Part shown: one piece after another, positions 21,655 through 35,340 of the stretch
Layout of the letters: every line of letters starts with the position of its first letter
Position numbering within the stretch: position 1 is the stretch's first letter
Assembly: GCA_045837725.1 (NCBI GenBank)
Contig: JBEWZL010000213.1
Coordinates: 124,001 to 188,000, forward strand
Length of the DNA stretch: 64,000 nt
Reading direction: 5' to 3'
DNA from: Vermamoeba vermiformis
Taxonomy: Eukaryota
Position numbers and translations under genes: made by a program
The notes under the pieces: model-generated
The model's database searches: none
Told to the model about the DNA's origin: nothing
Seen by the model: only the letters and a program-made list of their open reading frames with translations

Positions 21655-24600
21655 ATGGCGGAACCGGAGGATGAGGTTTGTGGTCGAATTTTATTGGATG
21701 TCCTCGATCAAAATGTAAAAAGCGAGAAGATCGTAAATTGGCTGCAGAACAACGATCCAAATGACCTATTTAAAGTAAGTACACGCGGTATGCATTTTTA
21801 ATTTCGAAATACGCTTCTTACGTCCGAAACTTGCCTCGATCCGGATTTAACTTTATTATTTTCTTTTTGGTTAGAACTGCTCTAGATCTGCGTTTATACG
21901 TTGGTATATGCGATGGATTAGAGATCAATGCGAGCCTCTATTTATGCCTATGGCTTCTACCACCGAACCTGCTCCCGCTGCTCAACCATCAGATCCACGT
22001 CCAAATTCTAATTATGAGAACAATTTTCCGAGCCTTTCTGCTGCTCCAAAGACACAAGCCAACCCCAAGCAGGTAATAATATATACGCGGTCATATTCAG
22101 GTCATATGTATTGATGCCTTTGTCGAGCAGAATCGTCGGATCCACCCGGTCCTCGTGAGTCCAGCCACGAACGCGAATAATATTCAAAACGTTCAATCAG
22201 ATAATAAGCAGCAAATTAATAATAATACGAGTAATAATAATACACCTACTATCGCACCAGCGGATAACAAAAATCAACGACGTACCTCGACCGGATCTGA
22301 TCAACAAAATGTTTGGGGAATGAACAAACAGCACAATACTATTAATAATAGCGCCAATAATAAGCAGCCTATTAATAATTTTAACGCAAATAACAATAGC
22401 AAGCCTAAATTTGATTTGAACAATTTTCCAGAAGTCAATCGCGCGCAGAATAGCTACAAAAACAAAACTAAAGCTCATCGTGCAAAGCCTCAGCATATAG
22501 CTCCTAATAATAGCAGCAATAGCAACAACACCACGAATAGTATTTCCTCGCAGCCTGAGGCTAAGAACTCAAATCAACAAAGTGCACCAAATCCAAAGCC
22601 GACGGATTCTGGATCGAGTGCCAAGACTCAAAGCGGATCTGAAACTAATTCACTGAAAGGATCGCAGGAGATCAACGCGGAGATTAGTTCAGTATCGTTG
22701 GCGATGGCTGAAAAGTTTTTGAATCTGATCCAACATAAGCGAGAAGTGGATGTGCTCAGCAGCATTTTAGCAGCAATTTTCAACGGCAATATGAGTCTTA
22801 ATTTAGCACATGATTTAGAGTTCTTAATGAAGCTATTTTCACTGAAAATCAATTGGGAAGAAGACGCATCCAAAAAGTCATCATCGAAATCAAGTGCTGA
22901 TAGTGGTGCAAATAATAGCTGGAAAAAATTCGAAGAATTATTGAAACAAATTGATGTTTTCAAGTCGAACAACAACGCGATTTATTTCGCATGTAAAGTG
23001 GTCTCGCAGTCAATTTCAATCATCAAAAATTTTGGCAACGCTAACTTATACCTATTAACATCTAATCCTATGTAAGTACCATACTCTTATAATACACAAT
23101 GGCATCTATTTTTTGGTTCCAAGTTACTGACGCAAATGTGCTTCAGATTGCACGTGATTGGATACGAATTTGTAGAGCAGCTCAACGATATCAAACACCA
23201 GGTATGTTACATAATTATTATAGTATGTGAGTAATATACTAATTATAATGCAATAGAATGTGTTGCACGTTCCCTCAACAGACGCATCCAAACCAGATCC
23301 TGACTTCTCGATCCCGCTTAGGTTAGAGTCTGGTAAGTATATACTGCCCTAATAACATATTATATCACTACTTAATATGAATTTGTTGCAGAAACGACGA
23401 AAAATATGTTGAAGACGAATGCAGAAAGAAATGTATTCAACAACCGTGAAAAATGTCGCGACAATTTTCCGAAACTTTTGCAAGAATTGATGAGCGATCC
23501 TGATTATAAGAACAACGTCCAATCCAAGGTAAGTCCTTCGTAATGCAATATATATTATCAAACAGTAGTGCATATCAAGTGACATTGTTTTGACACGTGT
23601 CAAACATAACACCGATCCTGATATTTAATCCTTTTTTAGATGAAAGATTTCCTTAAACAGCTACTGCCTCAAAATTATCCGTTCTTCGCGTCATTATTCC
23701 AAGCGGAATTATTGAAACATGCGTTGAACGCGGATGAATTTGACAAACAGTTGGCGGAACTGACGGATCCGACTAAGCTTCGTAAATTGAATCAAAGAAT
23801 GACTGAGCGACGTGCAGATAATTCTCAGAATTATTCGGCCAAACAGAAGAACGGCAACAGCAGCAATAATAACAGCGGCAATAATAATAACAATAATAAC
23901 TCGAGACCTCCGACACAGCAGTACAAGCACAAGGGCGTAACATATTTTAATACGAATTCGTCGGGTAGTAATAATAAGGGTTTCAAGCCTAGACCTGATA
24001 AGGAAGTAAGTTAGATCAGATCCAATTTTTCTTAGTAACTTCAGTTATTAACTTCTTCATAATTAGTTTGTGGAGAAAGATCCATTTGAAGGTCTATTTT
24101 TGGACAAAGAAGAAAAATTCTTTCAAATGCTGTACTCGGTCAACAACTATTGTCTGAATATGAACATCATTTCTCAAATGCGAAGCAAGATCCTGGAGCT
24201 AAGTAATTTCCATAATACCGAGCAAGTAGAGGATAGATTTGCTGAGAGGATCTTGAAACTCAAAGTTTTATCGAAGGTAAGATCCACATCCGGATCAATT
24301 TCATTATTTTTATTTTAACCGTTTTTCTTCTAGTTTTTGTCGTTTTTAATTCACTGGCCCACAATAGTGAGTTATAACTTGGATTCTACGACGTTAATGC
24401 CCTTGGGAGACGCGCTCAAATCAGCTAATAGAACCGACTCTTCATTCGACATTCTGTTGTGCTTAAAACAAGCTCAAGCGACATCTTCGTTAACTTTGAA
24501 CCTACCATGGATAATAGAGCACGTTAAGATCATGAAGCTCGATAAATTAACAAGGTGCGTACTGGCTTTAAACAAATTATCAAATTTATTTCCTTGAGTT

Positions 24601-27275
24601 CAAAATACATTCTGATAACAACTAAGCATTATAATTCACATAATATATTAGCTTGATGATATTTGAATTATTTTTAATTATCTTGGAATGGGTTGGAAAA
24701 TAATGGTTTTTTTTCAGTGAAACGGAGCATTTCAAGCGCATTGTAAATACGTTGAAGTTTGTGTATATTTCGTCATCGCTAATACCGAAGAACGAGAGCT
24801 TCAATATCAACTCACTGTTCATCTTGAACGAGCTTGAAAAGTGCTTCGAGTACTTGCAAACGGATCCGAGCGAGATCGACTGGAACTTGATCGCGAATAA
24901 TACTAGCGGCGATAAATCTACTTCGCCGTTTAAGAATTTTATTTATTCGCCTGTTAAGGTATGTTCTTATCAAATTTATTTTTGGCATCCGAGATCTGAT
25001 CGAGTTTTGATTTTTAGAAACAAACCAATGTCGATTCACGAAGCGATTTGCTTAATCAGAACTTCATTTATTTGTGCTTTCCTTATTTGGACGAGTTTTC
25101 AAGCGTGCTCAAGGAATTCAATTCGCAGTTCTTTTCAACCACGCCGAGACAGCCCCAAGTCCGCACTTCATTTGCAGTTTCAAAATTACCTACGACAATG
25201 GTCAAGAAGATCACGCCAGTCAGGCCTCAAAATGTCAAAAAGAGCGAGCAGTTGTTGCATCATTGGTTCTTTTGGCAGCACCCTGCTTTGAGTTCACTCA
25301 GTGACGTTGTGTCGAAGCGAGTAAGTCCTGTTGACATGTACCTTGAAAAACTTATGACACGTGTCACTCTTTGGAGTGTCAAATGATTATTGGAGTGACA
25401 CGTGTCATTCATTTTTTCACGGTGTCAAAATCAACTTTTAAAGCCGTTTGGCCATTTTAAAGCGTCTGTTATATTTAGTACTATAGTTATTAATATTGTT
25501 AATTGACAGGTCTTGTCATATTATCAATCGGAGATCTTGGATCTGACCCCGACTTTGATTGACGACCTTGACTTGACAGTGCTATATACTCCTACCAAGT
25601 CATTAATCGTCGAAACTGACGGTCGATTGGAGCAATTAGTGGCTAAAGTCATCGACTCTGGCTGTCAAAAAGTCAAGCCGCAGATCCCCGCCAAAATCAA
25701 TGACGCAATGCGGTGCTTAGCCGACTATAGTACGCACTTAAACATATATAATGCATCGTACTAATGATATTTAAATACAGATACTGATGCTAGAGTGCTT
25801 GATGCAGCGATAAAATTGACAATTGAACACGTCACTTTGACGCTCCCTGAATTCATCATAGACAACGTGCGCAGTCGTATTAAGAAGATAATCGAAGAGA
25901 GGATGTCTAAGGTAAGATATATATAATAATAGTATTCATATAGTACCTTGACTAACTTGGTGTAAAGAAACAAAAGTCACCTGCTAAGCTCGCTACACAA
26001 CCGACAGTAAAACGAGTTTTGCCTGGCGGAACAAACAGTCCTAGTAGCCCTTCTGATAATATTCAACAGAATATAAGCAGCGTTACTTCGCCAACCAAGT
26101 TTTCGGGCGAGATCCAGAACGAAAATTTGAAAGAAAATCAAAACTTCGGATTTGACGCTGATAATAATGAAAATATGACTGAAGAAGAGAAAGAAGAGGA
26201 GAGAATACGACAATTGAATAAGATTAAGACTAGGAAGGCTAATAGAATGTATAACAGCTTGGCTGGCTTGATTACCAAATTAGGCGATATTTCCGAGAAA
26301 TATTTGACCGTATTTAAGCACTACAATAGCGACAGCACCAATGCGGAGCTATTTGCCGAAGAAGAAGACTTTGAGACCTTCTTGCACAGCTTTTTCAACG
26401 AAGTTCATTCTACTTGCCTTATTTGGGCAAGTCGCGTGCTACAGCTCCACGTGACCGACGTTGAACAGCGAGATCCGCTGTTTTCTTCACTGAAAAATGT
26501 CGAGGCATTGACGGTGGCGTTTGAACAGTGGATGGACATTGGATTTTACGCTCTTTCGCTTTGTCCCGAAGAATTGACGCTAGAAATGATCAAAAAATTC
26601 CAATATAATATGGTACGTATAGTATATATCACATATTAATAGAGAATAGCGGTTTGAATGATATTTAAAAGTTCAAAGTTGGATCACATCCGGATCGGCT
26701 ATTTTCAATTCGTACTCACTGTTGTTTTATAGGATCAAATACGCACGGAGCATATAGAAATAGAATATCAATCAGTGCCGCAGAAGACAGAAGTGATTTG
26801 TTTCTTTATCAAAATTATTTCTGAGCTCGGCGCACGAGATCATCGATTGACCTTCTTGGTACCGTCTTATTTGCTCAGCGATAGTAGGATTAATACATTA
26901 GTACAACATGGTATCCATGGCAAACAGGTAATACATAACTTACCAATCTAAACTAACGATCGTTAATGCTTACATTTTTTTTTCATCAGATCCACTGGCA
27001 ATCGGCTGTGAATTCAACACTGCTTTATTTACTAGAAAATAATCTAGTCAATACATTGTGCATCGAAGAGTCGTTCTTAGCTGCATTAAACAGTTCACTG
27101 AAAGAAAATTCCACTTACTCGATCGTAAGTCATAATTGCAGTTGACATTCTCTCGTCAGTATTTAATCCTAATCAATATATATAGGTTGTTGGATCATTA
27201 ATAACATCATTCTTGAATCGACATGGTCCTAGTTTCTTTATCAGATTAAGATCTGAAATGAAATCGAAGAGCTGA
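21655..27275 (+). CDS. CDAN1: codanin-1 homolog
   Basis: NFPSL, a B-domain-like NRRIHPVLV, FNNREKCRDNF, LNLPWIIE, LLNQNFIYLCFPYL, KKITP and WFFWQHP occur in the order known for codanin-1; Asn-rich inserts. Confidence 0.82.
25354..25408. repeat. intronic element with 16-bp inverted ends, each containing TGACACGTGTCA
   Basis: ATGACACGTGTCACTC...GAGTGACACGTGTCAT inside CDAN1 intron 25321-25510. Confidence 0.85.
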
Positions 27276-27353
27276 TCCAAGGACAGAAACTCCAATAAAT
27301 GTTTAATATTCTTTACCACAATAGCAGTCATTTACATTCATTTATTCGTTGCT

Positions 27354-30300
27354 TTATACAATTTGAAGATTGTCCAAGTAATGTCGATAAAATTTCTGTA
27401 CGACTTGATCTCTACACTCTTTGACATTTCTGAGAAAAGACGAAGTATAATGCCTCATAATTTGCAGCCTTCCACCATCTAAACAAACGTTTGTTAGTTT
27501 AAGTTCGAGTTATAAAATTTTTTTTGTCGAGGGTTAGGGTTTGGAAATGGTACGTACTTGATACACTTGTTGAGTGGGCTAAAAACCAAGCTGCAAATCG
27601 AAGCAATTCAATTTGTTCGGATTTGAACAGATGAATGTAGCAGCGTATGTCAGGGAACAACAGACTCCAATCGATGTCGTACTTGACGTTGTTGACAAAG
27701 TAGTTAATTACATTCAACATCGAGTCCTGTGCCGCACCTAATTACAATATTCATATTTCAGATAAATAAACAAAAATAGAAGAAAATATGAAAAAAATTG
27801 GATCGGGATCTTGAAATCAATGTTTTCGGAAGTTGGAAGTACGTACCAGTAAGATATAAGAAGCTTATTTGCACCGACAAATAAAACAACTCTCGTGTTG
27901 ACAGAGTGATGTGCACGTCGCTCAATTTCTTCAAATGATGCAAAAACTCCTCGTTGTCCGACAGCCGATCTCGTGTGAGTTCTGTCGTTGCCTTATTTAG
28001 TAATGACAGTATTACGCATATCATTATACTATACTTACCCATCTGCGATAAATAGCATAATAAATTTAAGTAGTGGAACTGTTCTGACACCACATCTGTC
28101 GTGCAAAATCGATGTGCCGCATCCGCTATCAAATCATCCAATCGGCAATTAGGATTGTTTTTGTAACCCGTACCTAATCGTATCCGATGAGTACATTGCC
28201 AAATAAGGAAAATTCTCTTAAAATGAGACTTACAACCTCCTTCAGCGAAGTTCGACATGAGTTGAATGACGGTGAAATTTCGCGGGTTTGCCAAGTACCG
28301 CTCAACGAGCGGCGGAATAACTCTTTTTACAACGGATTCGTTATATTCCGCCACTAACAAGTAATTTTATGAGTAAATTGAGGTGCGTATTTTTTTGTTT
28401 GTATACGTACGTAGACTATATGTGGTCCAAAAACTGACGCCCATGCGCCAATACAGCTCGTCGTTCAACATATTCACTAATGTATTTACAGCACCGCCTA
28501 ATTTGGTTAAAACTTGTTCTCCTTCTTCTGTACAAAAAAAGATTTTTGTTAATTTTTTCACGGTATTTTTTATCGACGTGTTTTTGACCAAATTAGGAAA
28601 GTACTTGCCTAAATCCATCGCACTATATAAGCACCCATTTAAGGTAAACACTGCCATGCGAATTTTCTCGGGGTCTGCGGAATTTAAGAACGGCAAAACA
28701 ACCGCAATGTTTTCCATCATCAAGTTGAAATTCGACTCTACGAAACCACATTAATGTTATTTTTTCCTTTTATGGAAATATTAATTAAATGCTTACTATT
28801 GTTCGCAATATGGTTGAAAATTCTCAAACAGCTGGTGACATCTCGGTTCATCGACAAACGTTCTTTTAACAATTCCAAAATATTATAGTCGTCAATAAGC
28901 ACTTTCAAAATAACATCTAATATCGCGTTAATATATAGTAGTATAAAGAAGACAGTACCTGATTCGACCAATGAACAGAGCACCAAGTAAATGTTCGGAT
29001 CTACTGGAACGTCGATGAATATTGCCATGATTTTTGGTACATAATACTTCAATACTAGTCGCGGTACTATAATAAAAATAATAAATATTGATTTCATGAA
29101 AACAAAGGCCAGAAAAAGTGGTGCAACATCGCCCGCGGGCGATAAATTTTTTTTCGATCGGCGATATAATTAGGAATTATTACTAGTTATTTAATATCAA
29201 ATAGATGTTGATATTAATTATTGATAGTGAATTAAATACCTGTCAATACGGCTGTTTGTAAAATATGAATCGCTTTGGCCGACTGAAAGTTCATGTTTTC
29301 AGCGAGGGCTTTGAGCAGTCCTGATGACTCTAAATATGGCTCTTGGGACGGTTCTGGACGAATGTTCGTTAGTATTATTACCATATAAGGCAATTCAAGA
29401 CAATTGTCGTGAAATTTTCAGGCTCGAACATAAGAAACTAAGATTTTAAGCCTAGAAGAACCTTATTTTGCCTTGAATGTTTTCGTTATAAGTAGCAAAA
29501 TATACGAAAATAAAATTGATAAAAATATTTGGGACAGATCCAACAAAGGTTTTTTTCGTACCTAGTTCACCGATCAATTTGTCAATTAATGTGGTCAATG
29601 AAATGGTCCAGTTTTCGTGCACTTCTAACGAGGTCTTGAATAAGGGCAATAATGCGTTGAATATGCCGATTTCTATGAATTTGTCCCAATCATTTTGCAG
29701 CCGATAAAGCACGGTGCGGATCGCCCAATATTTTGTTTCTTGATTTTTCAGCATTTCTATTATATTGCCATATAAGCCTATGACTGTAGGTACTTCGTTG
29801 CATACTATTAATTATAATAATTAATACAAAATAGAAAAAGGTTGGACGAAAACTTTTACCATCCGGCGAGATGTAGTTGAAGATGCGGATCAGGCCTGGA
29901 ATTTGACCAATAAAAGGTGATATAACGTGAAATCCATTCAATTCGACGAATTTCTTAGCATTTTCTGCGTAATTAGGGTTCTCTAAACAAAAAGAAAAAT
30001 TAGATCCGGTTTATTCGTTTCTGAATCAAGCTTGCCTTTTATGGTAGGAGGCTCTAATTTTGAACAGAGCTCAATTCCGAGCATTAAATTCAAATAAGGA
30101 TCTTCTTTAAATGAAACTAAGCCACATAATATTCCTTCAATGGAGTTCGTCGGAACTTGATCTAGATCTATTTGGCCGATCTTTCGATCAATTATATATC
30201 GATCTCGTGCTTCATTAAACCAATTACGACTATATATAATAAAATGAATCAATAATCAGGCGAAGAATTCCAACGGCGGATGTGATCCGAAATCATTAAT

Positions 30301-30808
30301 TTTGGAATTCACTGTCTAACCATAAAAGTCCTTAAATAAATGCATGGCATTATATTATGTAACCTTATAAGGGTATTATAATATTTTAAAGCTTTGTAAA
30401 GCGTACCCTTTTTTCGTCCAATAGCTGATCTCGGCAGCCGTGACGTTCCATTCGTTGGCATACAGCCCAGGCCAAAATTCTTTACTGACGTGCTTTGATA
30501 GCTCTCTTAGCCACGTACTTGTAGAGGTGAAGTGTTGAAAATCGCTGATTGAAGAGAAGGAATGCAAGATCTGCATTAACACCTCGGATGGGAGCAAAGA
30601 GAGGTGTAGTTTGAAATTTAACGGCTCTAATTATTTACAAGTAATTATTAGTAATTTTTAAGGGTATTATAGGCTATTTTTATGCACATCTACACCACTT
30701 CTCGATTGCAGGAAAATTTTTACGATCTGCAATACTCGTACGAGCAATTTTGTCCGTAATATATTATTTAATTTATAACGAATATTTTTCGTGCATACCT
30801 CCTTCCAT
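27354..30808 (-). CDS. F-box protein with an ARM/HEAT-like helical C-terminus
   Basis: LSLLPSEVLMQILHSFSSISDFQHFTSTSTWLREL...FWPGLY is an F-box; many exons of amphipathic helical repeats follow. Confidence 0.7.
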
Positions 30809-31168
30809 CTGGCAAAGTTTTTTGTTAAATAAAGTATAAGTTCGTACGGATCTTGTTTTGCTTGTCGCTGATATCCGAGTATTATCTAAAAAATACTATG
30901 ACCAATAATACGTGTTGGTTGTGCCATTGTTTTTTCACGATGTGCACATTCCCAAAATTACGGCAAGTCTTCGACACAACGAAATTTGAACGGCCAATCA
31001 TGGACCAGTTTGATTTGGAACACATGGGTACCTACATTAAAAGATTAAATATTAGAATAGTAAGCTCAAATCTAGTAGGATTGTTTTCGAGCTCGTAATT
31101 TCAATTTACAACTACAAATGGGCGACGCGAAATACTTTATTTAAGGAGATTTTAGGTTATGCTCCACA

Positions 31169-33370
31169 TTATGACTTGGACTTTTCGAAGTGTTCTAGCA
31201 GGATTTTGTTAAAGTCCAGATCAACTCCAGGGACTGAGATCCGTTTGAAAATGTTTGACCACAGTTCCAACGGCAAAATTGACAAGAAAGTTTGCGGCCT
31301 GGCTGCCATTGTTCCCATCAAGTATAATAGATTGCTAGTATAAGTAGTTTGTTTATCTTTGTTGCGTTTGAGCAGCTCTCGCACGGTCGGATCCAACGGC
31401 ACCTCCTCTCGCTGCAGATCTTGCTCCCAAATGACGATTTTGTTAATCGATTCGTTGACGCGAAGTGTCTCTTTGATACTTGAGAAGCTTCCTGACCATT
31501 CTTTGACGCGATATTCAAACGAAGTAACGCTAGTACTGTCTTCAATAAACTGGATCACGACGCCGTGGTTCCTTTCTGTCACGGCACTAAAGCTTTTCAA
31601 GTGCTTATGATTTTCAATTGCGTCTTTGATATCTTCAAGCTGGTCATAGTTGTACTCCATCGGGTCAAATGAAATTCCGAGATGCGTCAATGTCGTGTTG
31701 CCTCGTAACATGTCCACGAATGTTTTGTACCACGCTAATCGGAGATCAAATGCAAAGCTCGTTAATTTGCTATTTGCAGCTCCTTTCAGTAAAGTTATAG
31801 CATCGTCGGGTGTCAGCTGCGAGCAAATCAAATCGAGTTTTTGGATCACGTGGTTTTGAGATAAAATGTCTTTAAAGAACGACGTCTGATTGGCTGATTT
31901 TGATTCAGTGAATGAAAATGCGCGAAGTGTCTTGCTTTTTGAAATTTCGCGACTGAGATGTTTGGTTGTCATTGGTCCCTCAAAATCGCAGTCGTAAAAA
32001 TGCAATTCGTGCAGGCCACTATGGAACAATTCATGAATATGCTTGTCGTGACTATAAATAGAGCTTAAATGTAACGATAGCTTGCAGATCCGTCTGTTCG
32101 CCTGGATCACCTCAATAAGGCGGTCTTTTCGTATCGTCTTCGCTTTGAACGTTAATTCTGTAATAGTCGGGTGTTGTTTAATAGCTGATTGAATTTCATC
32201 GTATTGTGTAAAGCCATGTAAAGTGAAACTTTTGAGCGATGTGTTTAGCGCGATGATTTCAGCCCATTTTAACCGCTCTTCGGGAGTATATCCGTTACTT
32301 TCGACGATTTCCAAGTCAGTTATGCTTGTTTTGGTAAAAATCTCCGTTAATATTCCGAACAGTCGCTCGTTCGCTATGGTTGTATCAGCCGAATAAATTG
32401 AAATGCTTCGAATTGACTTGTTTTCTATGATCGCTTCCTTCATCCACTTCCATTCACTCGGAGCTGCTCCGGCTGTTACGATCTTACGAAGACATTTTGA
32501 CACTTTGACAGCATGACAGAGGAGCGGGTCTTCGACGTTGAATTTAGTAAGATTTAAAACCTCTATTCCAGAAAATACGAATCTATTGATCATCTTCTTA
32601 AACTTTTTCAACTCTTCTATACTATCAATGACGCGGATCTGACGGGAGAAAATCAGATCGAAAGTCAACCGAAAAAAACACTGTAATTACCTGAGATTTA
32701 TAGACAATTAAGTTTCTGATTTTTAGGATTGCTTCCTTAACTTGATCTTCGGTCAAATTATTCGTGGTTAAGTTAACGGCGTCAGGCGGATGTGCCGCAT
32801 TTTTGAACGCATCACAAAATTGGCTGAAAATTCCTTCTTCGAACGTGCAATCATGAATCGTGACTTTAGATAAGTTTGCTTTGTGCAATATATCGCTTAT
32901 GAACGGTAAATTGAGCTGGCTGATTTTCGTGAACGTGATCTGAAGGTTGACAGCAGAATCTTTACTGCTCTTTCGTTCGATAAGGCCTTGTGAGATGATG
33001 GTCCAATCCTTTTCGCTAAATTCATCCTCTTGAATCGTAAAATTGCTCAAGGTGTGGCTCTTTATCATTGCTTTCTTCAAGTAACTGTTGAGGCCGATCG
33101 GGATGCGAAACGTAATCTTCTTCCCGAGAATTAAAAATGTCTTCCTGATATGCATGTAGTGTTGTATGTCTTCCCAATTTTTCAGCAACGGATACTGCGA
33201 TACAACGGCAATTATTCATTGTTTCAAAAAAATGCCGGTTTTAATAGCTATTAATTTGCATACACTTGATAACAAGAAATTAAAAATTTTACCTGCTTAA
33301 TGGCGGCTGCGGCTTTTTTTTGCTTCGCATCCTCGATGAAAATTTTGAACATACTAGGCGATTCAGACAT
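31169..33370 (-). CDS. RNI-like leucine-rich repeat protein with a C-terminal F-box-like motif
   Basis: Repeats such as LNTSLKSFTL, QHPTITELTF, GNTTLTHLGI and VNESINKIVI; C-terminal FLSILPLELWSNIF. Confidence 0.78.
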
Positions 33371-33569
33371 TGTGGTTAGCTCAACCTTGACTTATTGTTA
33401 ATCGTAAAGTAGTAAATTGTGGTCATTAAGATTCGGTTAGTGACCGTTTTTGACCTGTCAAACCAAAAAACGGTTTTGACCCTTTCCTCCCCGGATAGAA
33501 AATGAATTTGCATTCATACTAGTAACACAATTTAGCATTACATTACGAAGATTCGTATTTAAATGAATT

Positions 33570-35229
33570 ATGAACATTCTAGACTTGCCCGAAGAGAGCT
33601 TGCTGGAGATCTGCAGCTACATTACGTTTGTACAAGATTTACTTCGGTAAATATTTTCGAAATAATTTTTAAATTTTATAATATGCAACCATTGATTCTC
33701 GCATGCGAGTTGGAACCTCAAATTAATTAACAAAATTTATTTTTTTGCAGATTAGAAGTTGCGTGCAAACGATTCAAGTCATTGGCGTTTGACGTTGCGA
33801 GAGATTTATACATTAATTATGAAGACCCGATTACTGTGATAAAAAATTTGCTCTCGCGAGATTTGCGACATCTGAAAAAATTATCCTTTTGCTCTCCACG
33901 AGTAGACAAAGAAACGAATTGGATTATTGAACGACTGACAGTATTATCGAAGTTGCACAATTTAAAGCAGCTTAAATTGCAATTTAATTACAGCGGCAAT
34001 CAACAGCAATGGATCAAGGAGTTCTCTGATCTCCGTCAAACGATTCAAAAAATGACGTGGCTTGAAAAACTTGAATATCAATACCCAATTATAGAAGATT
34101 TAGGCGACATGTTCGCAAATCATAATAGATTAACAAAACTGGTAATATCGAGTTATACAAACAACGGTAATTTTCCTAAGCATACTAAAATAGCAACAAT
34201 TTGTAATGTTAATATGCTTTTATAGATATTATTGAAGTACCTTATAAGGCATTTGGATTCGACAAATTGACACAAGTGAAATATTTGGCGCTACCATTGG
34301 ATGTGACAGATCCGCTTTTTCGGGAAATAGTCCAGCTTACCAATTTAACTGCTTTGGACATGAGCTACGCAAATATTTCAGTTGCAATGGCGAGAAATCT
34401 GACTCAGATGACCAATTTGGAACAGATCAACATTTGCGGCCTCGATCGCATGGTGGTGAACTGGAAACTGCTTCAATCGCTGCCCAAATTGACGAGCTTA
34501 ATAGACGATATCGATGTTATCGTACAACAAGAAGCTTTTCAAGAATTAAATCAACTGACTCAATTGACGCATCTGGATCTTGCCTGCGATGGGTTAGCTC
34601 CACAAAAAATTTCAAACTTGACCAATTTGCAAGTCATATCGTGCAATGTAGCAAGCAGTTCAGTGAATTTTGCTTGTTTCAACAAATTGACACGTTTGAA
34701 TTTATCTGATCTGTACCTCACCTATAAGGATTACTTGAGGGTGGATCAGATCCACCTGCCTCGAGGATTGAAGTACTTGGATCTGCCGTTGGAGATTAAT
34801 ACAGCCGTATTCAACGAAATCGTCAAGATAGACAGTCTGGAAAGCTTATCTGTGTCTTACAACTCAAGCAACAATGAAGAGTTGCAGATCAGCCGCTTGA
34901 CCAACTTGAAATTCTTGGAATTTTTAACCAAGCTGCCACGAGGTAATCAATTCATGCGATAATCAATGTCGGGCTTAACGATATGTAATTTGATACAAAA
35001 TCAGATCCAATTATTTTCACTTCAATTCTAATGTATTGTGTCCTTAGAAATTGGCCATAGTTTGAAATTGCTGCCATGGCTTCGCAAACTACGCTTAGAC
35101 GAAGTATATGAAGAGTACATTGAGGACCTCGAACTGTTGACACAACTTAATCGGCTAGAAGTCAAAGGTCTTGCAGTCGATCTCAACACGTTACGACAGA
35201 GACTTCCGTTTGCAGTTTACGCTTTGTAG
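33570..35229 (+). CDS. F-box/LRR protein
   Basis: MNILDLPEESLLEICSYI...DLLR|LEVACKRF followed by LTNLTALDM-type LRRs. Confidence 0.88.
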
Positions 35230-35340
35230 TCCGTGTAAAGATAAACCTTCCTCTGGATTTGCCTTGCAAAAAATGGACCAGAAACAAAACCAAATTTTCA
35301 GATTTTTACCCTAATCTTTATATCATACATACATACAACA

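Noticed and set aside
22200..23900. AAT/AAC-rich tracts
   Set aside because: These are ordinary poly-Asn low-complexity coding sequence within codanin-1.
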